Below, one piece after another: positions 29,711 through 39,774 of a DNA stretch of 54,656 nt. The position numbers and the translations under genes are program-made. The stretch is taken from positions 1 through 54,656 of the forward strand of contig CALURE010000001.1 in NCBI GenBank assembly GCA_944323095.1, given 5' to 3'. The notes under the pieces were generated by a model. That model was not told the DNA's origin, searched no databases, and saw only the letters and a program-made list of their open reading frames with translations. Numbering within the stretch: the first letter of the stretch is position 1; each line of letters opens with the position of its first letter. This stretch comes from Candidatus Gastranaerophilales bacterium (GTDB lineage: Bacteria > Cyanobacteriota > Vampirovibrionia > Gastranaerophilales > Gastranaerophilaceae).

Positions 29711-30778
29711 TTAAGGTAAAATTATTGTAAATTTCGTTCCTTTTTGAAGCTTGCTTTCTAATTTGATTTTACCTTTAAGCATATTTACAAGCTCTTTTGT
29801 TATTGCAAGACCTAGGCCTGTTGAATTTTTATGCTGTCCGGCCTGCTCAAACTTTTCAAATATTTTTTTATGATATTTTTTATCAATACCTGTTCCGTTA
29901 TCTTCCACACACAGTATTGTTTTGTTTTTTTCTTTTACTAAACTTATTTTTATCTCTCCGTTCTCAGGTGTATATTTGACAGAATTGCTCACAAGGTTGA
30001 AAATAATTTGTTGAAATTTCAGATAGTCGGATTTTAGAGTTATATTTTCTACATCTTTAACAATATTCAGTTTTTTTGCAAGTATAAGCGGTTTTAATGT
30101 GTTAATTACTTCGTCAACGGCTGTTTTTGAATTGAATTCAGACAGGTTAACAGTAAGTGTGCCTGATTCTATTTTGGACATGTCAAGAATTTCATTAACC
30201 ATTCCAAGAAGATGTATTGAAGCAATTTTTATGTCATTTACATATTCTTTTTGTTTGTTGTTCAGCGTTCCGGTAAATTCACTATCGAGTAAATCAGAAA
30301 AACCTATTATGGAATTCAGCGGGGTGCGCAGCTCATGCGAAACATGCGATAAAAATTTTGACTTAACTTCTTCTGATTTTCTAATTTCAGAATTTATATT
30401 TTGTAATGCTTCAAGCTGAATTTTTATTATTTTGGAAATCTCAATATCTTTAGTAATTCCTGCAATTATTAATGCACAGGTTTTAAATATTTCCCTGTCA
30501 TAGTCCGTAAAATTTTTGCCTGTAATAATTAAAGTACCGTATTGAGTATTTTTTAGCAATAAATTTTCTTTTAAATATTCCCCTTTAATTTCCGAAATAT
30601 TTTTTATTTTAGGGTTGTAAGAGTAAATGAGTCTTTCAGGATTAGTGAAAAATATATATCCTGATTCAAAGTCTACCAGTTCTTTTAAAATTCCAAATAT
30701 TGATTGAGAAAAATTCTCCTCTGCCTGTATGTGAAAAAACTTGTTAATAATTTCAAAAGTTTGCACTAAATTTTTCAA
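29711..30778 (-). CDS. Cytoplasmic sensor histidine kinase (GAF-like N-term, HisKA, HATPase)
   Basis: SHELRTPLNSI H-box, NLVSNSVKYT, DNGTG, GLGL; no TM segment; TTG start. Confidence 0.9.
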   Translation of the reverse strand: MKNLVQTFEIINKFFHIQAEENFSQSIFGILKELVDFESGYIFFTNPERLIYSYNPKIKNISEIKGEYLKENLLLKNTQYGTLIITGKNFTDYDREIFKTCALIIAGITKDIEISKIIKIQLEALQNINSEIRKSEEVKSKFLSHVSHELRTPLNSIIGFSDLLDSEFTGTLNNKQKEYVNDIKIASIHLLGMVNEILDMSKIESGTLTVNLSEFNSKTAVDEVINTLKPLILAKKLNIVKDVENITLKSDYLKFQQIIFNLVSNSVKYTPENGEIKISLVKEKNKTILCVEDNGTGIDKKYHKKIFEKFEQAGQHKNSTGLGLAITKELVNMLKGKIKLESKLQKGTKFTIILP

Positions 30779-30781
30779 AAT

Positions 30782-31321
30782 TTACTCCAGATCAGATTTT
30801 TCAATATACCCGATATATTTGAGGTTTCTGTAATATCCGTCATAGTCCAGACCGTAGCCTATTAAAAATTTGTCATCAACTTCAAAACCGTAATAATCTG
30901 GTTCAATATCATTGACTCTTGCTGTTTTTTTGTCAAGAAGCGAGCAGAATTTTGTCGATTTTGTGTGGAAGTTGCAGTTCAAAAAATCCAGCAGGAATTT
31001 AGCTGTAAGCCCGGTGTCAACAATATCCTCAATTATAAGCACATTTTTGCCATTTAAATCAGGCAGAGAAATATCAACCGCATTTACTTTGCCTGACGTA
31101 CTTGTACCTCCGTTATAGCTTGAAAGCCTTATGAATTCCATTTTAAGCGGCATGTTCAGTTGTTTGGTCAGGTCAGTCATAAACATTACAGCACCTTTCA
31201 GAACGCATACCGTGTAAACTTCTTCATCACCGTAAAATCTGTTCATTTCATCTGCAAGTTCTTTAATACGTTTTTGAATTTGTTCTTCCGTAAATAGTAT
31301 TTTTAAATTTTTAATGTCCAT
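30782..31321 (-). CDS. hpt: Hypoxanthine phosphoribosyltransferase
   Basis: VLKGA, IIEDIVDTGLT, GYGLDY; follows tilS. Confidence 0.95.
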   Translation of the reverse strand: MDIKNLKILFTEEQIQKRIKELADEMNRFYGDEEVYTVCVLKGAVMFMTDLTKQLNMPLKMEFIRLSSYNGGTSTSGKVNAVDISLPDLNGKNVLIIEDIVDTGLTAKFLLDFLNCNFHTKSTKFCSLLDKKTARVNDIEPDYYGFEVDDKFLIGYGLDYDGYYRNLKYIGYIEKSDLE

Positions 31322-32591
31322 AATCAGCCCTCTTTTGTAATTTTAACATGTGTGTCGGAGTTTGCGCAACCTTTACTTTTTCACTTATGCCAAGTCCTGC
31401 TGCCCAGATGATTTCGTTTCCTTTGCATAGAAATATTAATTCATCTTTTTCGTGCTGCGGAATTTTTTTTTCATTCAGATATTTTTTTAATTTTTGCGTG
31501 CCATTTAATCCGAGAGGCTGAATTATATCGCCGTCTTTCCTGTGGCGCAGCGTAAAATTCACATTATCAGTATTGATATATGCGATAAATTCTTTATCAT
31601 CAGGGTATCGTTCTATTTTTTCGGCAAATGGTTCAATTGTAAATGTATAATTTTCAAAATTATACTCTCCGCAGCTGTTTATTGCAATTTCCAGTTTGCT
31701 TTTTTCTTTTTTTGTAATAACTTCGGTCTTTTTATCATTTACAAAAAGCCACATATTTTCTGCAAGAGAAATTGTTTTTCCTGATTTTGAATTTTTGTTT
31801 TCACAAACAAATTTTTGTATATCTTCAATTTTTTCTCTGTCATAATCAAGGCTGTGTTCGCAAAGAAGATTATAAATTATCCTCTTTTGCTCAACTTCAT
31901 CAGCCTGCAGGATGTTTGATGGAAGATATTTGTTTATGAGTCTGTAATCTTCCGTTGCAATTTCAGATAACGAATTTAAAGCATCTGAAACATTCGGATT
32001 AATTTTTTGCAGCAGCGGAATAACTTTATTCCTGATAAAATTACGTTTGTATTTTATATCACTGTTTGAGCTGTCAATATTAGGTGTTAAACCGTTTTCA
32101 CTGCAGTATTTTTCTATTTCTTCCCTTTTAGTTTTTAAAAGGGGTCTGTAAAATATATCTCTTTTTTCGGCAATCCCTTGAAGACCTGCAGTGCCTGTAC
32201 CTCTGATTATTCTATACAGAACAGTTTCTGCATTGTCATCAAAATTGTGTGCCGTAAAAACTACTTTTGAATTGAATTTTTCAGCACATCTTTTAAAAAA
32301 GTCGTATCTTGCTTGCCTTGCTGCAGTTTCAGTTTTTTGAACATCTGCCGGAAGATTTTCGCAATAGTATAAAATGCCGCGTGATAATGCAAATTTTTCA
32401 CAGTTTTGAGCCTCTTTTAGACTTTCTTTCCCGCGCCAGTTATGATTAAGATGGACTGCTGCAACATCAGCACCGAGTTTATTTAAAATATCTAAAAGAC
32501 ACATGGAATCATAGCCGCCAGAGAAACCCAATATGAATCTGCCCTTCAAATTATATTTCTCTATAAAAGATTTAACTCTTTCGCTTATCAC
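31311..32591 (-). CDS. tilS: tRNA(Ile)-lysidine synthetase
   Basis: SGGYDSM PP-loop, AHNFDDNAET, RPLL, RNFIRNKVIP, TilS C-terminal domain. Confidence 0.95.
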   Translation of the reverse strand: MISERVKSFIEKYNLKGRFILGFSGGYDSMCLLDILNKLGADVAAVHLNHNWRGKESLKEAQNCEKFALSRGILYYCENLPADVQKTETAARQARYDFFKRCAEKFNSKVVFTAHNFDDNAETVLYRIIRGTGTAGLQGIAEKRDIFYRPLLKTKREEIEKYCSENGLTPNIDSSNSDIKYKRNFIRNKVIPLLQKINPNVSDALNSLSEIATEDYRLINKYLPSNILQADEVEQKRIIYNLLCEHSLDYDREKIEDIQKFVCENKNSKSGKTISLAENMWLFVNDKKTEVITKKEKSKLEIAINSCGEYNFENYTFTIEPFAEKIERYPDDKEFIAYINTDNVNFTLRHRKDGDIIQPLGLNGTQKLKKYLNEKKIPQHEKDELIFLCKGNEIIWAAGLGISEKVKVAQTPTHMLKLQKRADYGH

Positions 32592-33959
32592 TTAAGCCTC
32601 TTTAAATTTTTTTATTCCTTCTTTAATCTCAACAGCATCAACTCCAAGCTGCTCTAATGCCTTCATTGCAAGAGAGTCAGGTTCTGTTGTAAGTGCTAGA
32701 AGCATATGTGAAGATTCTATTTTTTGTTTATTATCTTTTTTGGCTAATTCCCATGCTTTTTCAAGCACTCTTTTGGCACGTTCGGTGAATATTATTTCTC
32801 TGTCGTAATATTCATCCCCGAAGCCTATCATATTTTCTATTACTGTTCTAGCATCTTTAATATTTATTTCAAGTTCTGAAAGCACCTGCCCGCCGATACC
32901 TGTGCCTTCTCCGATTATTCCGAGTAAAAACATTTCTGTTCCGACAACATTTCTCCCGAGACGTCTTGCTTCTTCTTTTGCAAGACGCAGGATTGTTAAG
33001 GTTTCGGGCATTTGTTTTTCTATCGGTTTGATTATTGCATGCGCGAGATCATCGTCCGAAATTTTTAACTCTTTTAAAATTTCATAAGCAATTCCGCGTT
33101 TAGTTTTAAGCATTCCAAGAACTATATGCTCAGGCAGCACAACTGATGAACCTAATTCCTTCGCGGTTTGGAGCGCTGTACTCATTGCCGTAAAGGCATT
33201 CGGGGTGAATATAATTTGACGTCCTTCATATTCAGCTTGTCTTGACTGTATTTTTGCCAGTTTATCTTCAAAATTTTCGCTTGTAACACCGTATTTTGCA
33301 AATATTTGAGTTAATTCGGAATTTTTATCTTCAAGAATTGATGATAAAATCTGTTCTGTACCCAGTATTTCATAATTTGATGTCGAAAGTTTTGCAACTG
33401 CACGTTCAAAGACTTTTGCAGATTCCTCACTGTCAAAAATGTTATCTGTCTCTGTTGATTTGTTGCTTAAGCTGCTATCCTTATTTTCTTCAATTTCCGG
33501 ATGGTAAAGCCGTTTTATCTTTTTTTGAACAAGCTTTTCAAGAAGCAGTTTTGATTTGTATATGTCAAACCCCAGATCTTCAAGGATTTTTACAGTATTT
33601 GATTTTTTATCGGAAATAGCTGAAAGAAATAAATGTTCGTACAAAATAGTCGGATTGCCGGATTTGTTTGCCAGATCAAGTGATTTTTTGAGAATTTCCT
33701 TATATCCTTCGTCAAATGGTAATGTTTCTGCAGTTATTGCAGAGCAGTTTGTATGATTTATGTACTTTTTTATTTCAATTATAAGTTTTTCGCGCGTAAT
33801 ATCATACGACTTAAAAATTTTAAGGGATATTCCTCTGGCTTCATCAAACAGAGCTAGCAAAAGCAATTCCGGAGTAACTTTTTTGGCTCCGATTTTTTTT
33901 GCTGTTTCCTGCGATGAACTTACAACATTTATGGCTTTTTCCGTAAATTTTTCAAACAA
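32592..33959 (-). CDS. Stand-alone Clp N-terminal-domain protein (three tandem double-ClpN units, no AAA+ module)
   Basis: MFEKFTEKA start; repeated F(T/D)xxA...(T/P)EH/Q/M-xLL units; no Walker A. Confidence 0.8.
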   Translation of the reverse strand: MFEKFTEKAINVVSSSQETAKKIGAKKVTPELLLLALFDEARGISLKIFKSYDITREKLIIEIKKYINHTNCSAITAETLPFDEGYKEILKKSLDLANKSGNPTILYEHLFLSAISDKKSNTVKILEDLGFDIYKSKLLLEKLVQKKIKRLYHPEIEENKDSSLSNKSTETDNIFDSEESAKVFERAVAKLSTSNYEILGTEQILSSILEDKNSELTQIFAKYGVTSENFEDKLAKIQSRQAEYEGRQIIFTPNAFTAMSTALQTAKELGSSVVLPEHIVLGMLKTKRGIAYEILKELKISDDDLAHAIIKPIEKQMPETLTILRLAKEEARRLGRNVVGTEMFLLGIIGEGTGIGGQVLSELEINIKDARTVIENMIGFGDEYYDREIIFTERAKRVLEKAWELAKKDNKQKIESSHMLLALTTEPDSLAMKALEQLGVDAVEIKEGIKKFKEA

Positions 33960-33962
33960 GAT

Positions 33963-34220
33963 TTATTCCTCATCTTCATCCATGTTTTCAACATAATTTG
34001 CGACTTTTTCAAATTCGTCGTCATCATCTATTGTTTCAAAAAGATATTCATCACCGTCTTTTGTTATTCTCATAAGCACAACTTCATCATTATCTTCTTC
34101 TTCTACAGGCAATAGCAGTGCATATTCCTGTTCATCAACTTCAACAATATCAAATAATTCGAATTTGATTAAATTCCCGTTTTCATCAATTGTTTCAATA
34201 ATTTGATCTTCATTTGCCAT
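33963..34220 (-). CDS. DUF1292-family acidic protein
   Basis: DENG..FE..D.VEVD..EYALLLP...IDDDDEFEKV; usual position after ruvX. Confidence 0.8.
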   Translation of the reverse strand: MANEDQIIETIDENGNLIKFELFDIVEVDEQEYALLLPVEEEDNDEVVLMRITKDGDEYLFETIDDDDEFEKVANYVENMDEDEE

Positions 34221-34232
34221 AATTTATCCTTT

Positions 34233-34649
34233 CTATTGTTTTCTGTTAAGGTACTGTTCCAGTATAATACAAGCACTTTCAATATCAACCAGACTTTTAT
34301 TTTTTTTAAAGTCTATTTTTTTGTTTCTGAGATTTTCTTCTGCCTGACTTGATGTTAATCTTTCATCTTCAAAAATTATTTCATAACCTTGAATTTTTGA
34401 TGCAAAATCTCTGCAATCCTGAGCCTGTGCTCCTTCTGTTCCGTCCATATTAAAAGGTATGCCTGCTACAATTTTTTTTACATTATTTTCTTTTGCTATT
34501 TTTTGAATTTCTTCGATTGCTTTATCCTGCGGTTCTCTTTGTATGCAGGTAAAGCCGCTGGCAAGCACCAGAAGGTAATCGCTCAATGCGACTCCTATTC
34601 TTTTTGTACCTATATCCAGCGCCATTACTTTATACATTATTTTACCCAC
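34233..34649 (-). CDS. ruvX: Holliday junction resolvase-like / pre-16S rRNA nuclease YqgF
   Basis: ALDIGTKRIGVALSD, GIP, DERLTS, D..SA..IL. Confidence 0.92.
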   Translation of the reverse strand: MGKIMYKVMALDIGTKRIGVALSDYLLVLASGFTCIQREPQDKAIEEIQKIAKENNVKKIVAGIPFNMDGTEGAQAQDCRDFASKIQGYEIIFEDERLTSSQAEENLRNKKIDFKKNKSLVDIESACIILEQYLNRKQ

Positions 34650-36151
34650 ATTTTTTCGATTGCAGAGACTTTTTCTGCATTATTTTGTGCAAAGTAGTAT
34701 TCATATATACTTTTTCGTATTATATTTTTAAGAAATTCTCTTGTAAGTTCTTTATCATTATATAAGGAATATAAATTTTGTGCAGCAGTTTCTTCACCTG
34801 CAAGGTGTTTTAATAATGATACATGCAAAATTCTTTCAGTCCATATTTTATATTCTTCATCGTAAAATACTTTTTCAAGATTTTCATCAATAATTTTTTC
34901 ATAATCTTCAGGTGCTGTTTTATTCAGTATCTTTATAAATTCTTCAAATTCATCGCTATAGGAGCTGTTTAAAAACCAGAAATCCGTAAAATCATATTGT
35001 AAAATATTTTCAAAATCTTTTTTTGATAATTGATGAATTTTACAGTTTAAATTTAATTCTTCCGGTTCTATGTCAGCAAGCAGATTTTTCCAGCAGACAT
35101 ATTCATATGGCATATGCTTGCCTGAGAGTTTTTCTGAATTCTGCAATATTGATTTTAAAATCCCCGGCTTAAGCTCTAAAGCCCGCTGTCCTCTGTAAAA
35201 TCTTTCAATAATTGCGTTGCATTCAAATTGTGAGATGTCGTTAAATCCAAAACAGTCTCTCACTCCTTTGTAATCATCAATTACAATAGCGACAAACTGA
35301 ATTCTGCCATACTCATTAATTCTAGAAACTATAACAGCTTGATTGCCATGCCCGTCAGGATAAGTGATGCAAAATTTATACGGCTTTGTATCTTTTAATA
35401 TATTCCGATAAAATTCATGTGAATTATCCTCTCTTATTCCTGAAAGTTTTAGGATAGAAAGATTTTTTTTAACAGACGGAATTAAATTTTCATCAATAAA
35501 ATTAAGGGAATTTTTTAAAGCATGATATGCCAGAGGAGATTTTGAATTCCCAAGAATTTCAAGAGCTTTTTTGCCTGTTTCTGTGTCTGACATTGATAGA
35601 AACACGGGTATAACCATATTGGCAAGCTCATTTTCGCTGTAATCTTCTCCGAGTGATTGGAGCAATATAATCTGATCTTTTTCAGGCAGTGAGTGTAAAA
35701 AATCCAAAAAGTCAATTTGCACCTCAGGATTTGCTATTGCGTTATTTAATATTTTTTTAGTGTCGGAATTTACAAGTTCGTCAGGATTGTCAAGGTACCT
35801 GTCACATTCGTCATAAGTCCAGTTTGTATCAATATCTCTCAGCAAATCAAGTGCAAAAATTTTGGATTGATTTGATGACATATTATTCTTTATAATATTC
35901 CATAAGCGTTCTACAAGCGCATCATGAGAACAGTATCTCAGAAGCAGGAATTTCAAAAGTTCTTTATTCATGCCGTTATTGTTTATTTCTTTAAAAAGCA
36001 GTTTAACAATAACACTTTTGTCATTTTGAGAATCAAGCTTTCTGTAATGAATTTCATAATTTTCAAAATCTTTGACTCCGTTGAGTTTTTGAAATATATT
36101 TGCAATTTCAGCTTTTATTTCAAACGGATTCAAATCAAGTTTATCTGTCAT
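34637..36151 (-). CDS. Hypothetical protein (504 aa), helical/HEAT-like N-half
   Basis: Long ORF overlapping both neighbours; no recognised family. Confidence 0.75.
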   Translation of the reverse strand: MTDKLDLNPFEIKAEIANIFQKLNGVKDFENYEIHYRKLDSQNDKSVIVKLLFKEINNNGMNKELLKFLLLRYCSHDALVERLWNIIKNNMSSNQSKIFALDLLRDIDTNWTYDECDRYLDNPDELVNSDTKKILNNAIANPEVQIDFLDFLHSLPEKDQIILLQSLGEDYSENELANMVIPVFLSMSDTETGKKALEILGNSKSPLAYHALKNSLNFIDENLIPSVKKNLSILKLSGIREDNSHEFYRNILKDTKPYKFCITYPDGHGNQAVIVSRINEYGRIQFVAIVIDDYKGVRDCFGFNDISQFECNAIIERFYRGQRALELKPGILKSILQNSEKLSGKHMPYEYVCWKNLLADIEPEELNLNCKIHQLSKKDFENILQYDFTDFWFLNSSYSDEFEEFIKILNKTAPEDYEKIIDENLEKVFYDEEYKIWTERILHVSLLKHLAGEETAAQNLYSLYNDKELTREFLKNIIRKSIYEYYFAQNNAEKVSAIEKMWVK

Positions 36152-36411
36152 CTGCGTGCTTTCCCCCAGAATGCATCAAGAATCTGCTGCGCTTCTGCAG
36201 AAGGCATCCGGTCATTAAGAATTAAATACTGTACGGCAATCATTGCACATTCCGAACAAATATTGACTCCTGGACCTTGAACCATTTTTAAAACCTGCGT
36301 ATTCGGTCTGCCGCAGAAACTGCAATAAACAAGCCCATCATCTTTTTTATCTTCTTGTTCTGTTGATTTACCCCTTTTAGCTCCTAATTTAATAACTTTA
36401 TCGTCTGACAT
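36148..36411 (-). CDS. Stand-alone ClpX C4-type zinc-finger protein (87 aa)
   Basis: YCSFCGR...MVQGPGVNICSEC; GAGG RBS before ATG 36411; no ATPase domain. Confidence 0.8.
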   Translation of the reverse strand: MSDDKVIKLGAKRGKSTEQEDKKDDGLVYCSFCGRPNTQVLKMVQGPGVNICSECAMIAVQYLILNDRMPSAEAQQILDAFWGKARR

Positions 36412-36520
36412 GTTTACCTCGCATTTTTCTCTATTGTAACTTTTATTCATAAAGTTTGCGAAATTTTATAACTTATTTTATAATAAAAATTACAAATATT
36501 TTTATGAGGATAATTGTAGC

Positions 36521-37117
36521 ATGAAAAAAGCTTTTTTACTAGCATGTATCTTGTTAATTTCTGTTTTATCTACAGCCTGTATTAATAATTTTGCTGTTCA
36601 GGAGCTTAATAATAAAGCTAAAGATTTTATGGACAAAGGTGATTATGTTTCGGCAATTGAACGCTTAAAATCAAGTGTTGATCTGGATGGAAGCGTTTTT
36701 GAGACGCGGTATAATCTGGCTGTTGCTTATACGAAAGCTGAGGATTATGCAAATGCTATAAAAAGTTACAATGATGCAATAAAATTAAATCCGAATTTCG
36801 CTGATGCTTATTATTCCCTTGCTGTGTGTGAAGAAAATCTTGCAAAAGACATTATTTCAGGAAATGTTGTTGTTAATGATGATGATACCATCAGTAGGCC
36901 TGAAACTGATGAAAATAAAGTGACGGCAGAAGACAAGCTTGCTGATAAGAAGAAATTACCGGATAATTCGTTAAAAATGGTGACAACATTGTTAACAAAT
37001 GCAATATCTGACTATGGAATTTATCTTGATAAGTCCGGAACATCTGATGATAGAAAATTTGTTGAAGATAAAATTAAAGAACTTCAGCTGCTTCTTGCAG
37101 AAAATACAGTGAAATAA
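36521..37117 (+). CDS. TPR-repeat lipoprotein
   Basis: Signal peptide ending LSTAC; TPR repeats (YNLAVAY, AIKLNPNFADAYYSLA). Confidence 0.8.
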   Translation: MKKAFLLACILLISVLSTACINNFAVQELNNKAKDFMDKGDYVSAIERLKSSVDLDGSVFETRYNLAVAYTKAEDYANAIKSYNDAIKLNPNFADAYYSLAVCEENLAKDIISGNVVVNDDDTISRPETDENKVTAEDKLADKKKLPDNSLKMVTTLLTNAISDYGIYLDKSGTSDDRKFVEDKIKELQLLLAENTVK

Positions 37118-37121
37118 AATT

Positions 37122-37910
37122 ATGTTTCGTTCGCCGGGAGAAATAGCTTTTAATATATTTGGTATGCCTGTTTATTTTTATGGGATAATTCTTGCTCTTT
37201 CAATATTTATTGGTGTTTATACTGCATATCTTCTATACGGAAAATTTTATGAAAAAAAAGCTGCTGAACGTATAATAGATTTTTCTCCGTTAATTATATT
37301 AATCGGAATTCTCGGCGCAAGATTTTACTATTGTGGGGTAAACTATTCCTATTATTTTAAACACCCTTTAGAAATTTTTTATATTCGTCAGGGCGGTTTG
37401 TCTATTCACGGGATGATAATTGCTGGAATTATCTCTTTATTTGTTTTTTCTAAAATTTATAAAATGTCTTTTTTAAAGCTTTCAGATGTTTTTCTATGTG
37501 CAACAGCTCTGGCTCAGTCTATTGGCAGATGGGGAAATTTCTTTAATTCAGAGGCTTTCGGACTTCCATGCAATCTCCCGTGGAAGCTTTATATTCCACT
37601 TTCTCACAGACCGCTTGAATTCATTAATTTTGAATATTTTCATCCTGCCTTTTTGTATGAAAGTATTCTTGATTTGGTAATATTTTTTATCCTGCTTTCT
37701 TTGTTTAGACCTCTTTCAAAGTATCCGGGATTAATTGCCTGCATTTATCTGATTTTGTATTCAATTGTTAGAATTTGTGTTGAAAGTATCCGTATTGATA
37801 GTGTTTTAAACATTTCAGGTGTTCCTGTTGCGCAGATTGTTTCGATTATTTTATTAGTAACTGCCTGTTTTATGATTGCTTTTATATTGTTACGCAAAAA
37901 ATCCTATTAA
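37122..37910 (+). CDS. lgt: Prolipoprotein diacylglyceryl transferase
   Basis: GGLSIHG, GRWGNFFNSEAFG, HPAFLYES. Confidence 0.95.
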   Translation: MFRSPGEIAFNIFGMPVYFYGIILALSIFIGVYTAYLLYGKFYEKKAAERIIDFSPLIILIGILGARFYYCGVNYSYYFKHPLEIFYIRQGGLSIHGMIIAGIISLFVFSKIYKMSFLKLSDVFLCATALAQSIGRWGNFFNSEAFGLPCNLPWKLYIPLSHRPLEFINFEYFHPAFLYESILDLVIFFILLSLFRPLSKYPGLIACIYLILYSIVRICVESIRIDSVLNISGVPVAQIVSIILLVTACFMIAFILLRKKSY

Positions 37911-37965
37911 TTTTTCTATATTTTTTTTAATTTTGCAGGGAGTAGGATATAAGGCACATTTTGTT

Positions 37966-38142
37966 GGGATTTATATACAACTTCACTCTAAATATACTCG
38001 AAGCTAAGATATAATGTCATTACGAATTTGTTTTGGAATCTAATCATAGTAAGACCCTGAAACAACTTCAGAGCCTGCCCTGAATTTATTTCAGGGGTGA
38101 CAATTTTAGCCTTTTTTTAGTGTAAATTGCTATACATATCCC
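37966..38142 (-). mobile_element. MITE copy 3 (177 bp, reverse orientation)
   Basis: Ends GGGATTTATATA / TATACATATCCC; 8-bp direct repeat ATTTTGTT (37958-37965, 38143-38150); core is the near-identical reverse complement of copy 1. Confidence 0.8.
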
Positions 38143-38190
38143 ATTTTGTTACCGTTGATTTTTGTTTATCTTTGAATTTAAATATTCTGT

Positions 38191-39378
38191 ATGAATAATG
38201 ATTTACCTCAAAACAAAAAGGCTCTCTTATGGCTTAGCGGAGCTCATTTTATAAATGATATATATACAGGTGTTTTAAATCCTATTATGCCTTTTATTGC
38301 AGCAAAAATTGGTTTTTCTATGGCTGTTGCTACAATTATTTTAACAATATCTCATATATTTTCTTCTCTATTACAGCCATTGTTTGGATTTTTCGCAGAC
38401 AATATCGTTAAACGTTCGTTTATATTCTGGGGGCTTATTTTGTCTTCACTTTTTATACCGCTTTCTGCAAGAGCAAATAATTCTTTAATTCTTGTTTTAT
38501 TTATTATTTTCGGAAGCATTGGTTCAAGTCTTTTTCATCCGCAGGCACTGGGATTTGTTTCACGTTTTGCAAATTCTTCAAATGCGGCAAAGTCTATGTC
38601 AATTTTTGTTGCAATGGGAACTTTAGGGTATTCTTTCGGTCCTGTTATTTCTTCTGCCATAACCCAATTTTTAGGGATAAATCGCATGTCTTTAATGACC
38701 TTTTTGGGTTTTGTGTGGGCTTTGTTAATGTTTAAATTCGTGCCAAAGCTGTCGCTTTCTGTGAAAATATCATCAAAGCTTGATTTTAAAATTGCTTTTA
38801 AGAGGATTTTATCTAATAGAAAATTAAATATTTTGAATATTATTGCAATGCTTAAAACAATGATTAATTCTTCCTGTTTTATTCTGTTGCCATTTCTGTG
38901 GAAAAATATGGGTTATAAGCCTTTTTATATTGGTTTTGCACTTTTTATGTTTATATTTGCGGGCGGAATCGGTTCTTTAATCAGCAGTGTTGTTGAAAAA
39001 AGAATAGGGGCAGCTAATGTATTTTATATTTCAATGATTTCAACTTTGCCATTAATGGTTTTGTTTGTTTTAACGTATAAAAGTTATTCTGTTCTATCGC
39101 TGGTGATATTTGTAATCATGGGGTTTGTAACAATGATGGCTACACCTGTTACAATGCTTATGGCACAAAATGTTTTGCCCGAATATAAGAGTATAATTTC
39201 AGGTTTTATAAATGGTTTTTCATGGGGAGTTGTTGCAATTGCAATGTCGATGCTCGGGTTCGTTGCCGAAAAATTCGGTATAACAAATGTACTTTTGTTT
39301 GTTGCTGTAATTCCGGCACTTTGTTCGGTGCTTGTGAAGGAATTATTTAAAGATGACCATAAAAATAAATTATGCTAA
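38191..39378 (+). CDS. MFS transporter (Fsr/fosmidomycin-resistance-like)
   Basis: About 12 TM segments; HFINDIY, QPLFGFFAD, FHPQA. Confidence 0.85.
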   Translation: MNNDLPQNKKALLWLSGAHFINDIYTGVLNPIMPFIAAKIGFSMAVATIILTISHIFSSLLQPLFGFFADNIVKRSFIFWGLILSSLFIPLSARANNSLILVLFIIFGSIGSSLFHPQALGFVSRFANSSNAAKSMSIFVAMGTLGYSFGPVISSAITQFLGINRMSLMTFLGFVWALLMFKFVPKLSLSVKISSKLDFKIAFKRILSNRKLNILNIIAMLKTMINSSCFILLPFLWKNMGYKPFYIGFALFMFIFAGGIGSLISSVVEKRIGAANVFYISMISTLPLMVLFVLTYKSYSVLSLVIFVIMGFVTMMATPVTMLMAQNVLPEYKSIISGFINGFSWGVVAIAMSMLGFVAEKFGITNVLLFVAVIPALCSVLVKELFKDDHKNKLC

Positions 39379-39651
39379 AACATTAAGAGATTTTTTTATT
39401 TCGTTATTTTGCTGATGTTTTGATGCCATTTTTTCTTGCAGATAAGCCATTTTAAAAAGTAATTTATTAGTTAGCAAATCAAGACCGAGTTTGTTGTCCA
39501 TTTTATTCAACATGCTTAAATCATGTTCGCCGCCGAATGTATGCGTATTATTAATTGTGTTCCCCAATGTATTTGATGCTTGTATTGATTCAGCTGTAAT
39601 ATTATTCATTGTATTAACAGCATTGAAACGTGAAATTGAAGAAACTAACAT
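39370..39651 (-). CDS. Small hypothetical protein (93 aa)
   Basis: ATG preceded by four TAGG repeats including AGGAG; S/N/T-rich N-term, helical C-term ending KSLNVLA. Confidence 0.7.
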   Translation of the reverse strand: MLVSSISRFNAVNTMNNITAESIQASNTLGNTINNTHTFGGEHDLSMLNKMDNKLGLDLLTNKLLFKMAYLQEKMASKHQQNNEIKKSLNVLA

Positions 39652-39774
39652 TCCTAACTCCTATCTCCTACCTATATAATAATTTTAATACAACAATTAT
39701 AAAAATCAAGTATTAATTTTTGTAACAATTAGGATAATTTTTGAAAATGGATAATTAATATATACTTTATATAT

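Noticed and set aside
32592-33959. Truncated clpC pseudogene
   Set aside because: Three tandem N-domain units, tight coupling to both neighbours and no AAA+ remnant argue for an intact distinct gene
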